Positions 9,961 to 19,272 of a stretch of 64,000 nucleotides of DNA are shown here, piece after piece. Every line of letters begins with the position of its first letter. Position 1 is the stretch's first letter. Made by a program: the position numbers and the translations under genes. Below the pieces are notes generated by a model. It was not told the DNA's origin and did not search any database. It saw only the letters and a list, made by a program, of their open reading frames with translations. The DNA lies in assembly GCA_002699185.1 (NCBI GenBank), contig PABG01000083.1:696-64695 (forward strand), read 5' to 3'. The stretch is from Gammaproteobacteria bacterium (GTDB lineage: Bacteria; Pseudomonadota; Gammaproteobacteria; Thiohalobacterales; Thiohalobacteraceae).

Positions 9961-10994
9961 TGGCCCGCCTCCGTCTGGCGGCGTTTGAGCTCGACCACGG
10001 CCTGGACCGGATCGGTGATCACCCGTTCCCCCTCGCTCAGCCCGGCACTGATGCCGATGCGATCGCCCTCATAGGGGTGGCCGGTGCGGATCTGGCGCAG
10101 GCTGATGCGGTCCTGCCTGTCCAGCACATAGACGCCGGTCAATTCACTGCGGTGCACCACCGCCGAGGCGGGAATGGTCAGCAGTTCCTGCTCCCCGACC
10201 ACGAAGCCGACCTTGACCAGCATGCCGGGGTAGAGCCCGTAGCCGTTGGCCGAGGGCAGGTCGACGCGCACCCGGAAGCCATGGCTGGCACCGTCGGCGT
10301 AGGGATAAACCGTGATACTGTCGCTGGCGACCTGCTCGCTTGCCTCCCGCCCCCACCGGATCTGCGCCTGCGCGAGCGCGCGCACCTCGTGCACATAGCG
10401 CTGCGGCACGCTGACCAGAGCGCGCAGCCGCTCCAGCGAGATGCCGGTCATCAGGGGCATGCCGGGGCTGGCCATCTCGCCGACCTCGGCATGGCGTTCG
10501 ACCACGATGCCGTCATAGGGGGCGCGGATGCGGGTATAGCCGAGTTGCTCCTGCGCCGCCTCCAGCGCGGCGCGCGCACTTTCCAGCCGGGCCCGGGCCG
10601 AATTGAACTCGGAGGTCGCGCGGTCCATCGCGGCCTTGGCGACCAGTTTGCGGGCGTAGATCTCCTTGATGCGATTGTATTCGTCGCGGGCCTCGGCAAA
10701 ACGGGCGCGGGCCTCCTCCACGGCGGCCTCGGCCTGACGCAGACGGGCCTGCTGCTCGGTATCGCGCAACTCCACGATGACGGCGCCGCGCTCGACATAG
10801 TCGTCGACATCGAAATGGATCGCCGTGATGCGCCCGCTGGTCTCGGCCGAAACCGTCGCCTGATGCACCGCCTCGATCGCGCCGTCGAACCACTGCCGGT
10901 AGGGCACCGTGCTGCGCTCCACCGGCGCGGTGGGCAGCTGGGCCGGTGCCGCCTGCGCAAACACAAGCAGGGCCAGTATGAAAAGTGTTCTCAT
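9957..10994 (-). CDS. RND periplasmic adaptor (membrane fusion protein)
   Basis: Signal peptide from MRTLF, lipoyl/hairpin pattern, IRAPYDGIV; 4-nt overlap with the permease. Confidence 0.9.
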   Translation of the reverse strand: MRTLFILALLVFAQAAPAQLPTAPVERSTVPYRQWFDGAIEAVHQATVSAETSGRITAIHFDVDDYVERGAVIVELRDTEQQARLRQAEAAVEEARARFAEARDEYNRIKEIYARKLVAKAAMDRATSEFNSARARLESARAALEAAQEQLGYTRIRAPYDGIVVERHAEVGEMASPGMPLMTGISLERLRALVSVPQRYVHEVRALAQAQIRWGREASEQVASDSITVYPYADGASHGFRVRVDLPSANGYGLYPGMLVKVGFVVGEQELLTIPASAVVHRSELTGVYVLDRQDRISLRQIRTGHPYEGDRIGISAGLSEGERVITDPVQAVVELKRRQTEAGQ

Positions 10995-11055
10995 CCGCTG
11001 CCTCTCCCTTTCGGCTGCCGCTGGCAATTCCTGCTGAGGAAATTCCAATTTATTC

Positions 11056-11191
11056 GTCATTGCGAGGCGCGCAGCGCCGTGGCATCTCCAACCATCCGAT
11101 CCTGCATCATGAGATTGCCAGGCTTTCTCATAGAATCCCTTCGGGATCCATCATGAGTACCCTACCCTTCGGGTCAGGGCATCGCAATGAC
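11056..11191. repeat. GTCATTGCGAG-family palindrome, copy 2, with an internal 55-bp hairpin cassette
   Basis: Same termini as copy 1; insert at 11127-11181 shared with copy 3. Confidence 0.85.
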
Positions 11192-11268
11192 AGGAAAACA
11201 GGATGCAGCTCGGGTCACCCTGCGGCTGGCCCGACCTGCATGTATCACTAATTTACAGTGCTGCCCTG

Positions 11269-11305
11269 AAAACGACAAACCCGCCGGGAGGCGGGTCGTC
11301 GGTTT
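11269..11305 (-). terminator. Probable intrinsic terminator after the MCP genes
   Basis: acccgcc-ggga-ggcgggt stem flanked by short A/T runs. Confidence 0.5.
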
Positions 11306-11331
11306 ATGGCACTGGGCTGATCCGGATCAGC

Positions 11332-12510
11332 TTACATCCGGAAGCGCCCCATCAGACCCTGCAGGGTGGCGGACAGCCGCGCCAGTTCCTCGGAGGCCGA
11401 GGCCGTCTGCTGGGCCCCGGCGGCGGTCTTGTCGGCCACGTCCCGGATATTGCCCACATTGGCGTTGATCTCGCCGGCCACCGCGCTCTGCTCCTCGGCG
11501 GCACTGGCGATCTGGGTATTCATGTCATTGATCTGGGAGACGGCCGCGGCAATGCCGCCCAGCGATTCGGCCGCCTTCTCCACCTGCTCGGCGCTCTCCC
11601 GGGCCATGTTCTGAGCTTCCTGCATGACCTTCACCGCATCGGTCGCCCCCACCTGCAGACGCTCGATCATCTCCTGGATTTCCTGGGTGGACTGCTGGGT
11701 GCGGCTGGCCAGATGGCGCACCTCATCGGCCACCACGGCAAAGCCGCGGCCCTGCTCGCCGGCACGCGCCGCCTCGATGGCGGCATTGAGCGCCAGCAGG
11801 TTGGTCTGCTCGGCGATGCCGCGGATCACATCCAGCACCATGCCGATGTTCTCGGATTCGGTCTCCAGCTTGTGAATCACGCCGCCGGCGCGCTCCATTT
11901 CGGACACCAGATTGTCGATGCCACCCAGGGCCTCGGTGGCCACCAGGGCACCGCCCTTGGCATCGGCATCGGCCTGCTGGGCGTGCTGGGCGGCGTTGGC
12001 CGCATTCTGCGCCACGTCGCCCACGGTAGTGGTCATCTCGCTCATGGCCGAGGCCACATGCTCGATTTCGGACTGCTGCTGCTGTACGCCGCGGCTGGCC
12101 TCGTCGGTCACGGCCGACATCTCCTCGGCGGCGGAAGCCAGCTGGGCGGTCGCACCGCTGATCTCGCCGATCACGCTGCGCAGGTTGGCCGCCATCTGAT
12201 TGAAGCTGGTGATGATCTCGCCGATCAGGTCATGGCTTTCCATGGTACAGGTGTGCGAGACGTCGTTCTGGGCAATGGCATTGGCCACCTCGGAGATGCG
12301 CCGCAGCTTGCTCAGCAGGATGGTATTGACCAGCCAGTAGTTCACCACTCCAAGGACCACGCCGGCCACCAGGCATCCGGCCACGAACCAGGTGAACATG
12401 CCGTCCTTCCAGTCCACGAAGAACTGGGCAAAGACCGGGAAAGCGGCGCCCATCAGGATGCCGAAGCCCACGCAGGCAATGAGCAGATTACGCAAGATGC
12501 TCGGTTTCAT
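11332..12510 (-). CDS. Methyl-accepting chemotaxis protein (2 TM, no periplasmic sensor, HAMP)
   Basis: [31 protein letters not shown] signalling tip. Confidence 0.93.
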   Translation of the reverse strand: MKPSILRNLLIACVGFGILMGAAFPVFAQFFVDWKDGMFTWFVAGCLVAGVVLGVVNYWLVNTILLSKLRRISEVANAIAQNDVSHTCTMESHDLIGEIITSFNQMAANLRSVIGEISGATAQLASAAEEMSAVTDEASRGVQQQQSEIEHVASAMSEMTTTVGDVAQNAANAAQHAQQADADAKGGALVATEALGGIDNLVSEMERAGGVIHKLETESENIGMVLDVIRGIAEQTNLLALNAAIEAARAGEQGRGFAVVADEVRHLASRTQQSTQEIQEMIERLQVGATDAVKVMQEAQNMARESAEQVEKAAESLGGIAAAVSQINDMNTQIASAAEEQSAVAGEINANVGNIRDVADKTAAGAQQTASASEELARLSATLQGLMGRFRM

Positions 12511-12690
12511 AACGTACCATCCATCAATCGTCTCTGAATCCAGGCCATCATCCCGGCGGCGCGTCAGAAATTCCGCCGCGGGGATCCCCCTCTTCCACCC
12601 TGAATGTCCTGTCCCGGAAAAAATGCAACATCCAGACCACTTTCAGCCCCCCGCTTCATCCGGGAGTCGATTCCGACCTCAGCGGCCGAC

Positions 12691-13806
12691 TCAAAGCGCA
12701 GTCTGGATCTGTTCAATCTGTCCGATCACCGCCTGCAGCTCGCTCTCAACCAGCTGGGCATTGTCGGCCTGGTTCTGGTTGTTGCGCACCACCTCGCGGA
12801 TGGACTGCACCGCCACACTCTGCTGTTCCGCGGCACTGGCAATGGTGGTATTCATGCCATCGATGGTCTGGACATAACCGCCGATCTCGGCCAGCGACAT
12901 GGTGGCATTCTCCAGCATTTCCTCCACCACGCCGGCCTGACTGGTGCCCTCACCCATGACCTTGACGGCTTCGTTGGCGCGCCCCTGCAGCGCCTCGATC
13001 ATGTCCTGGATTTCCTGGGTGGAGGACTGGGTGCGGCTGGCCAGGTGACGCACCTCGTCGGCCACCACGGCAAAACCCCGCCCCTGCTCGCCGGCCCTTG
13101 CCGCCTCGATTGCCGCATTGAGGGCGAGCAGGTTGGTCTGTTCGGCGATGCCGCGGATCACGTCCAGCACCGCACCTATGTTCACGCTCTCCTGGCTCAG
13201 GCGTTCCACCGCCTCACCGGCCTTGCCGATCTGATCGGTCAGGCTGGACATGGAACCCAATGCATTGGTCATGGTGACCTTGCCGGTCTCGGATTCGTTC
13301 AGGGCCTGGTGAGTGGACTCGGCGGCAGAGGCGGCATTGCGGGCGATCTCGTCGACCGCCTGCACCAGTTCGTCGACCGCCACGCTGGCCTCGTGCTGGC
13401 CGCTGTCATTGCCGCAGCTGCTGACCGTCGCAATCAGTCCCCGCAGCTGCCCCATGGCGCCCTGCAGGCTCGCCGCCACATGTTCCAGCGCGGCTTCACG
13501 TTCGGCGATCCGCGCATCGACCCGGTTGAAGGCCTCGACCATGGCGGCATCACGCTGCATGGCCGGACTCAACCGGGCCGCCTCGCCCCCGGCCAGGGCC
13601 GCCAGTGCCTGTCCCCAGGCCTGATCCCGGCGCCTGCCGGCGCGCAGCACCAGCAGCGGCGGCAGGGCGGCCAGTGCCCCGATCGCCAGATACCAGCCGC
13701 CAGTACCGCCGAATGCGAATGCATCCAGCACCCCTGCCGCCATCAGCGCTCCGGCGGGGAGCCAGACTGCGGCAGCTTTCAATTTCTCTATCCAGGTCTT
13801 GACCAT
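12691..13806 (-). CDS. Methyl-accepting chemotaxis protein (2 TM, no periplasmic sensor)
   Basis: Same signalling-tip motif; alternative GTG start at 13845. Confidence 0.9.
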   Translation of the reverse strand: MVKTWIEKLKAAAVWLPAGALMAAGVLDAFAFGGTGGWYLAIGALAALPPLLVLRAGRRRDQAWGQALAALAGGEAARLSPAMQRDAAMVEAFNRVDARIAEREAALEHVAASLQGAMGQLRGLIATVSSCGNDSGQHEASVAVDELVQAVDEIARNAASAAESTHQALNESETGKVTMTNALGSMSSLTDQIGKAGEAVERLSQESVNIGAVLDVIRGIAEQTNLLALNAAIEAARAGEQGRGFAVVADEVRHLASRTQSSTQEIQDMIEALQGRANEAVKVMGEGTSQAGVVEEMLENATMSLAEIGGYVQTIDGMNTTIASAAEQQSVAVQSIREVVRNNQNQADNAQLVESELQAVIGQIEQIQTAL

Positions 13807-13951
13807 GACCGTTGCGTCCCTCTTGATTGAGTCCCCCTCATTCACGCCGGGCTTGTCCCGCTCGGCGCGTTATCCCTGTAGCGTCCCGGCGCCTTAAAAC
13901 TTTACCCGGGAAAAGTCAATGGCCAGTCTCCCCAACCGGGGAGCCGGACAC

Positions 13952-13978
13952 AAAAAAGCCCCGCGGCAGCGGGGCTTT
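13952..13978 (-). terminator. Intrinsic terminator
   Basis: aaaaaagccccgc-ggca-gcggggcttt, just downstream of the 14009 gene. Confidence 0.85.
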
Positions 13979-14008
13979 CCGGCTGGGTCCGGGTCCCCGG
14001 ATGCCGGC

Positions 14009-14920
14009 CTATTCGTTCACGGCATCCTTCAGGGCCTTCTCAATGGCCGCCGGGCTGGGCATCAGCTTCATGAAGCTGTTGGAGCCCATCATCTTCAGAT
14101 CCGGGAAATGCACCGCCATGCGGAAGCGCATGTGCAGGGCGACGACCCTGTTGCCCGTAATCATGATCTCGTAGGGCAGATAGGCGGAGTTCTTCAACTC
14201 GCCGAAGTCGACCACCGACATCTGGAAGGCGTCATCCATATACTTGTCGCCGTCCTCGCCGGCCGCCATGGAGACACCGATAATGGTGACATCCTTGCCG
14301 GGCATGTCGATGCGATACAAGGGCTCGACGCCGTCATCCTTCTGCAGATTCTTCTCCACGGCAGCCACGGCGGCCCGGTGGGAACTGTGTTCGGCGAGTT
14401 CATACACATCCGGGAAATACTCCATGCCGAAGGTGTAATGGTACTTGCGCAGCTTGCGCTCGCTCAGCCCCTCCTCCGAACCGAATTCCTGAATCCGGCC
14501 CAGCGCCTTCGCCAGGGCCTCGGAGGTATTGGAGAAATCGCTCTTGAGCCGGTAGGCATGGGCCATGTACACAGGATTGACGTAGGACACCTGCAATTCG
14601 TTGCCGACCCTGACCACAGCAGCGCGCTGCGCCATGGCGAAACCGCCGTACTCGGTCAGCGCCGCCACGCTCTTGATGGCATCGCTGGTAAAGATGATGA
14701 CGTGGGAATCCTCGAACGGCACATAGTCGCCGACGACTTCGAAGCCGGCATCACGCAGGGATTCCTTGACCTCGTCGACCTTCTCCTTCATATCGCCCGG
14801 TCCGCGCTCGGCGAGTACAAAGGGCTTGAACTTGTCCGCCGCCTGTACACTGGCGGCAAACGGCAGCAGGGTGCAGACCGCAATCAGCAACCCCCGCATC
14901 AGCTGGTTGAACATTCTCAT
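14009..14920 (-). CDS. Exported hypothetical protein, possibly tandem DUF302-like
   Basis: Sec signal ending VQA; segments VKESLRDAGFEVVG, QVSYVNP and AYLPYEIMI resemble DUF302 by eye; GGAGG RBS. Confidence 0.75.
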   Translation of the reverse strand: MRMFNQLMRGLLIAVCTLLPFAASVQAADKFKPFVLAERGPGDMKEKVDEVKESLRDAGFEVVGDYVPFEDSHVIIFTSDAIKSVAALTEYGGFAMAQRAAVVRVGNELQVSYVNPVYMAHAYRLKSDFSNTSEALAKALGRIQEFGSEEGLSERKLRKYHYTFGMEYFPDVYELAEHSSHRAAVAAVEKNLQKDDGVEPLYRIDMPGKDVTIIGVSMAAGEDGDKYMDDAFQMSVVDFGELKNSAYLPYEIMITGNRVVALHMRFRMAVHFPDLKMMGSNSFMKLMPSPAAIEKALKDAVNE

Positions 14921-15093
14921 TATCGCCTCCTGTCCCTCATTCCCAAGGTGGTTGTCTGCCTTGTCGGCAGGCTGTTGTAAAACGTTAGATATTTATTCAT
15001 TAACCGGGGCTGAACGCAACAGGGGCCATGTCACCATGGCCCCTGTTGCCGGCGTGCTCCCTACGCCATCCGTCTCCTGTCCCGACCTTCAGC

Positions 15094-16500
15094 TCAGAAC
15101 TTCATGCCGTAGCTGATCTCGAGTGCGTTCTGGTACATGCCGATCTCGGTATCGAAAAAGGCACCATTGGATGCGCTGTATCGATAGTCCTGGTCGTTTT
15201 CCAAGGCATGCATGTAGCTGACCGACAACTCCTGATAGCGGCTCGGATGGTAGGTAAAGCCGGCCGTCAGATGGGTCTGCACCACGCCGAGCGCCAGGAT
15301 ATTGAACAGGTTCTGATCGTCGTCGATCGGGTTCTCGCCGTAGTTGATGCCGCCGCGGAAGGTCCACTTCTCGTTGTAGCGGTGGTTCACGCCGACCTTG
15401 ATCACGGTGATGTCGTCCCAGCCGAAGCCCCAGCCGTCATCGGTACCAAGCTGGCCTGTCCCGGCATATGGCTGACCAGTAGTCAACACATCCTGCAAAG
15501 CGCCAAAGAACTGATCCGCAGTCGGACCATCATTGGCGATGGAATCCACATCGCCGTACATGATGTGCTGCACGTCCACGGCAATGGTGGTCTTGTCGGT
15601 GGGCGAGAAGGCCAGGCCGACGCCGAACTGGGCCGGAATGTCGAAATCGCCCTGTTCGGCGAACAGGCCTTCGTAGTCGCTGAACTTCTGCATGTAGATC
15701 TTGGACGAGGCCTGGGCGCCCAGGGTCAGGCTGTCGCTGACCTTGCCGGTCCAGCCCACGCGCAGGCCCGCGCCCCAGGCATCGTCGTCGCCGTTGTTGG
15801 TGATGCTGGTGGGGTCCCTCGACAGTCCGGAGAACAACCCAAGACCGTAGGCACGGAAGCGCTGGTAGCCGATCAGCAGCGAGCCGCCCACTGAATGATT
15901 TTCATTCAGCTTGGTCGAGACGGTGGGGGCAATGATCACCTGGGACAAGTTCACGCCCAGGGTCGAGTCGGGTTGGGCATTGGGATCAAGCGCCAGTCCG
16001 GCTGCAACGGCAGGCGCCATACCGCCCAGCATCCCCGCAAAGCCCGGCACTGCAGCTCCCAGACTGTTTGCATAAATATTCGAGTTATACCGGGTGTTCA
16101 TGCCACCGTTGGCGGTGATGCTCAGGCCGGCGGTGATGTTGCCCATGTCCATGGCGAAACCGGCGTGGGGGATGGCGAACAGGGTCGCGCCACTATCGAC
16201 TTTGCCGCTATCCGCGCCGCCCATCGGTCCCATGCCTACCGATGCATCCAGTTGAGCCTCACGCTTGGGGCTGAACAGTTCCACGCCGAAATCCACCCGG
16301 TTGCCGACAAAGGACAGGCCGGAGGGGTTGGTGGCCGGGGCCAGGGAATCCTGGGAAAAGGCGATGCCGGCACCGGCCATGCCGCGGTTCTTGGTGCCGG
16401 AGCCGATCTTGAAATAGCCGTTGGTGGCGTAGGCGGCCGGGGCGGCCAGCGCCGCGGCCACGGCAAAGCTGACGAGTGAAGCCTTGAACGTGCGTACCAT
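15094..16500 (-). CDS. OmpP1/FadL/TodX-family outer-membrane channel
   Basis: Signal peptide, mature start TNGYF..GMAGAG, NPSGL hatch motif, C-terminal YGMKF. Confidence 0.9.
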   Translation of the reverse strand: MVRTFKASLVSFAVAAALAAPAAYATNGYFKIGSGTKNRGMAGAGIAFSQDSLAPATNPSGLSFVGNRVDFGVELFSPKREAQLDASVGMGPMGGADSGKVDSGATLFAIPHAGFAMDMGNITAGLSITANGGMNTRYNSNIYANSLGAAVPGFAGMLGGMAPAVAAGLALDPNAQPDSTLGVNLSQVIIAPTVSTKLNENHSVGGSLLIGYQRFRAYGLGLFSGLSRDPTSITNNGDDDAWGAGLRVGWTGKVSDSLTLGAQASSKIYMQKFSDYEGLFAEQGDFDIPAQFGVGLAFSPTDKTTIAVDVQHIMYGDVDSIANDGPTADQFFGALQDVLTTGQPYAGTGQLGTDDGWGFGWDDITVIKVGVNHRYNEKWTFRGGINYGENPIDDDQNLFNILALGVVQTHLTAGFTYHPSRYQELSVSYMHALENDQDYRYSASNGAFFDTEIGMYQNALEISYGMKF

Positions 16501-16765
16501 TTTGATTCTCCCTCCTGGCGGAATCCAGATGTGTTGTTTTCTCGCGACAAGCTATTGCGGCGACCGCAACAGAATGTCAAGCTAGGCAAAAATTGTCAAA
16601 CGGGAATGAACTAAGCAAGGAACATGCCTGTTTAATCTGAAGTTTCATTTGTTGCACTATCGCAACAAAATTCACGCTAATCAGGTATCGCGCCCAATAT
16701 CTGCAGATTGCTGTGCGGACTCCGCACGCTCAACCTCAAACCATGCCATGGGAGAGACCATCACA

Positions 16766-18157
16766 ATGAATCCGAACGCCAGAAAAACGTCTGCCACCCC
16801 GCTGATCGGCGCCATCCTGATGGCGGGCGCCTGGAGCCCGGCACAGGGCGCGGGCTTCGCGCTGATCGAGCAGAGCGCCAGCGGTCTGGGCAATGCCTAT
16901 GCCGGCGCCGGTGCCAGCGCCGAGGATGCCTCGACGGTATTCTTCAACCCGGCCGGCCTGACCCGGCTGGAAGGGCGGCAACTGGTGGTGGCCGGCCATA
17001 TCGTGCGCCCCAGCACCGAGTTCTCCGGCAGCGCCACGGACGCCCTGGGCAATCCGGTGGCCACCGGCGGCGACGGCGGCGATGCCGGTGGCGCGGCCCT
17101 GGTCCCGAACCTCTACTACGCCATGCCGCTGCGCGAGGACCTGGTGTTCGGCGTGGGCATCAACGCCCCATTCGGCCTGGCCACCGAGTACGACGATGAC
17201 TGGGTGGGCCGCTACCATGGCATCAAGTCCGAGGTCACCACGATCAACATCAATCCCAGCCTGGCCTGGCAGGCCACGCCGAAGCTGTCTCTCGGTGCCG
17301 GCGTGAGCGCCCAGTACATCGAGGCCGAACTGACCCAGGCCATCGATCAGGGCAGCAGCTGCTACGGTGGCGTGATCCAGGCCAGCCTCGCCGGCGGCGC
17401 CAGCCAGGCGGCTGCCCTGGCTGCAGCCCAGGCCACCTGCGATCCGCTCGGCCTGACCCCGCAGGGGGCCGACGCCCTGGCCGAGGTCAAGGGCGATGAC
17501 TGGAGCTTCGGTTTCAACCTCGGACTGCTCTACGAGGTGCAGCCGGGCACCCGCATCGGCCTGGCCTACCGCTCCAAGGTCGAGCAGGAACTCGAGGGCG
17601 AGGCCGGATTCACCAATGCCCATCCCTTCTTCACCGGCCAGGACCTGTTCGTCCCGACCGATGTCAACGCCGGGGTGGATCTGCCGGAGAGCGTCTCGCT
17701 GAGTCTGTCGCACGAACTCAACGACCGCTGGACCCTGCTGGCCGACTACACCTGGACCCGCTGGGAGCGTTTCGAGGAACTGCGCATCGAGTTCGATTCC
17801 AGCCAGCCCGACTCGGTCACCCCGGAGAACTGGTCCAACAGCGATCGCTATTCGCTGGGCGTGAACTACCGGCACAGTTCCAGCCTGACCCTGCGCGCAG
17901 GCGTGGCCTTCGACGAGGAGCCCATCCCGGACGCCCAGACCCGCACCCCGCGCATCCCCGGCAACGATCGCCGCTGGCTGGCCGTAGGGGCCTCCTACAG
18001 CCCCAGCCAGGCAATGCGCGTGGACGTGGGTTATGCCCACCTGTTCGTCAAGGACACGGACATCGACCATACCAGCAGTACGGCCGGCACCATCACCGGC
18101 GAGTATGACAGTTCGGTGGATATCCTCAGCGCCCAGCTGGTGTGGAACTTCCAATGA
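16766..18157 (+). CDS. FadL-type long-chain fatty acid outer-membrane transporter
   Basis: AGFALIEQSASGLGNAYAG, NPAGL, RTPRIP; start re-called at MNPNA. Confidence 0.9.
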   Translation: MNPNARKTSATPLIGAILMAGAWSPAQGAGFALIEQSASGLGNAYAGAGASAEDASTVFFNPAGLTRLEGRQLVVAGHIVRPSTEFSGSATDALGNPVATGGDGGDAGGAALVPNLYYAMPLREDLVFGVGINAPFGLATEYDDDWVGRYHGIKSEVTTININPSLAWQATPKLSLGAGVSAQYIEAELTQAIDQGSSCYGGVIQASLAGGASQAAALAAAQATCDPLGLTPQGADALAEVKGDDWSFGFNLGLLYEVQPGTRIGLAYRSKVEQELEGEAGFTNAHPFFTGQDLFVPTDVNAGVDLPESVSLSLSHELNDRWTLLADYTWTRWERFEELRIEFDSSQPDSVTPENWSNSDRYSLGVNYRHSSSLTLRAGVAFDEEPIPDAQTRTPRIPGNDRRWLAVGASYSPSQAMRVDVGYAHLFVKDTDIDHTSSTAGTITGEYDSSVDILSAQLVWNFQ

Positions 18158-18167
18158 GCCGATCAGT

Positions 18168-18248
18168 GTAGGATGGGTGGAGGCGCTTGCGCCGCAACCC
18201 ATCGTCCCGGAACGCCCGATGGGTTGCGCTTCGCTCCACCCATCCTAC
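18168..18248. repeat. GTAG-family REP doublet (GTAGGATGGG type)
   Basis: Copy of the 5539 element. Confidence 0.88.
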
Positions 18249-18259
18249 GTACCAACCAC

Positions 18260-18289
18260 AAAAAAGCCCCGCATCTGCGGGGCTTTTTT
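18260..18289. terminator. Bidirectional intrinsic terminator
   Basis: aaaaaagccccgca-tc-tgcggggctttttt between convergent fadL and tusA. Confidence 0.9.
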
Positions 18290-18329
18290 GCTGCCGTCAC
18301 CGGCGAGGAATCGAACTGATCGGATCAGT

Positions 18330-18560
18330 TCAGGCCTTCTTGATCAGGAAGTGGTACTTGCCGCCATCTTCCTTGGATTCCATCAACTCGTTGCCGGTCT
18401 GCTTGGCAAAGGCCTCGAAATCCTTAACCGAACCGGGGTCAGTGGCGATGATATGCAGAACCTTGCCGCTTCCCAGGCCGGCCAGCGCCTTCTTGGCACG
18501 CAGGATGGGCAGCGGGCAGTTCAGGCCGGATGCATCCAGTTCCTCGTCGAAATTTGCCAT
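18330..18560 (-). CDS. tusA: Sulfur carrier TusA
   Basis: LDASGLNCPLPILRAKKAL (CPxP) and ATDPGS. Confidence 0.93.
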   Translation of the reverse strand: MANFDEELDASGLNCPLPILRAKKALAGLGSGKVLHIIATDPGSVKDFEAFAKQTGNELMESKEDGGKYHFLIKKA

Positions 18561-18671
18561 TTATGAGTACTCCTCTGAATTACACTCAAGTATAAACGAA
18601 GGTGAATCGGTAACGATCACGGTCAGCGCGAACTTCAGACTGACGGGTATCCAGCAATTTTGAAGTACGCA

Positions 18672-18700
18672 CTTATACGGGATGATCCGTATAAACGCAA
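18672..18700 (-). promoter_or_regulatory. Putative sigma-70 promoter of tusA with overlapping palindromic operator
   Basis: Minus strand TTGCGT-N17-TATAAG; perfect TTATACGG-N6-CCGTATAA palindrome at 18673-18694. Confidence 0.55.
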
Positions 18701-18771
18701 GTCCGGCCCGACGCCGCTGGAGCCGCAGGCCAGGGGACTTAGCGGCACCCTAGCAGCCCGTCTGAAGCGGC

Positions 18772-19125
18772 TCAAGCATAGGCGGCCTGGCGCGTCGGCG
18801 CCGTCAGCGGCTGACCTGCACGCACCCAGTCAATGATCCCCCCACGCAGATTGATCAGTTCTGCGCGAACACCCTGCCGGGCGAGAAACTGGCAGGCCTG
18901 CGCCGAACGCGCCCCGCTGCGGCAGTAGAACACCAGGGTGCGCTGCTCGTTGCGGAACTGGTCCAGCTGCAGCGGCAGCAGGTGCAGCGGCAGCGCCTCG
19001 CCGCCGGCGATCATGCCCTGGGCCATCTCCTCGGGCGAACGCACATCCAGCAGGCGCACGGATTCTCCCCGGGCCTCCAGCAGCGCGGCCAGGGACGCGG
19101 CATCGATCTCCTTGATTCCCAGCAT
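18772..19125 (-). CDS. Single-domain cytoplasmic rhodanese
   Basis: LLDVRSPEE, YCRSGARS active loop, NLRGGIIDW. Confidence 0.92.
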   Translation of the reverse strand: MLGIKEIDAASLAALLEARGESVRLLDVRSPEEMAQGMIAGGEALPLHLLPLQLDQFRNEQRTLVFYCRSGARSAQACQFLARQGVRAELINLRGGIIDWVRAGQPLTAPTRQAAYA

Positions 19126-19272
19126 GCGGATCAGACCTCCTCTATATTAGTTAATCATGATATTCTTAATATATTGCCAACTCTGCCGGCAGGCCGCAAG
19201 CTGGTTGCCGTCCGCTGCCGTGAACGCCCGTCCGTTTCCGGTGTCACAACAAGGGATACGACTCCCGGATCC

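Noticed and set aside
11127-11181. Hairpin cassette as a hammerhead or twister ribozyme
   Set aside because: I could not find the CUGAnGA/GAAA core or twister pseudoknot on either strand; kept only as an unexplained structured insert.
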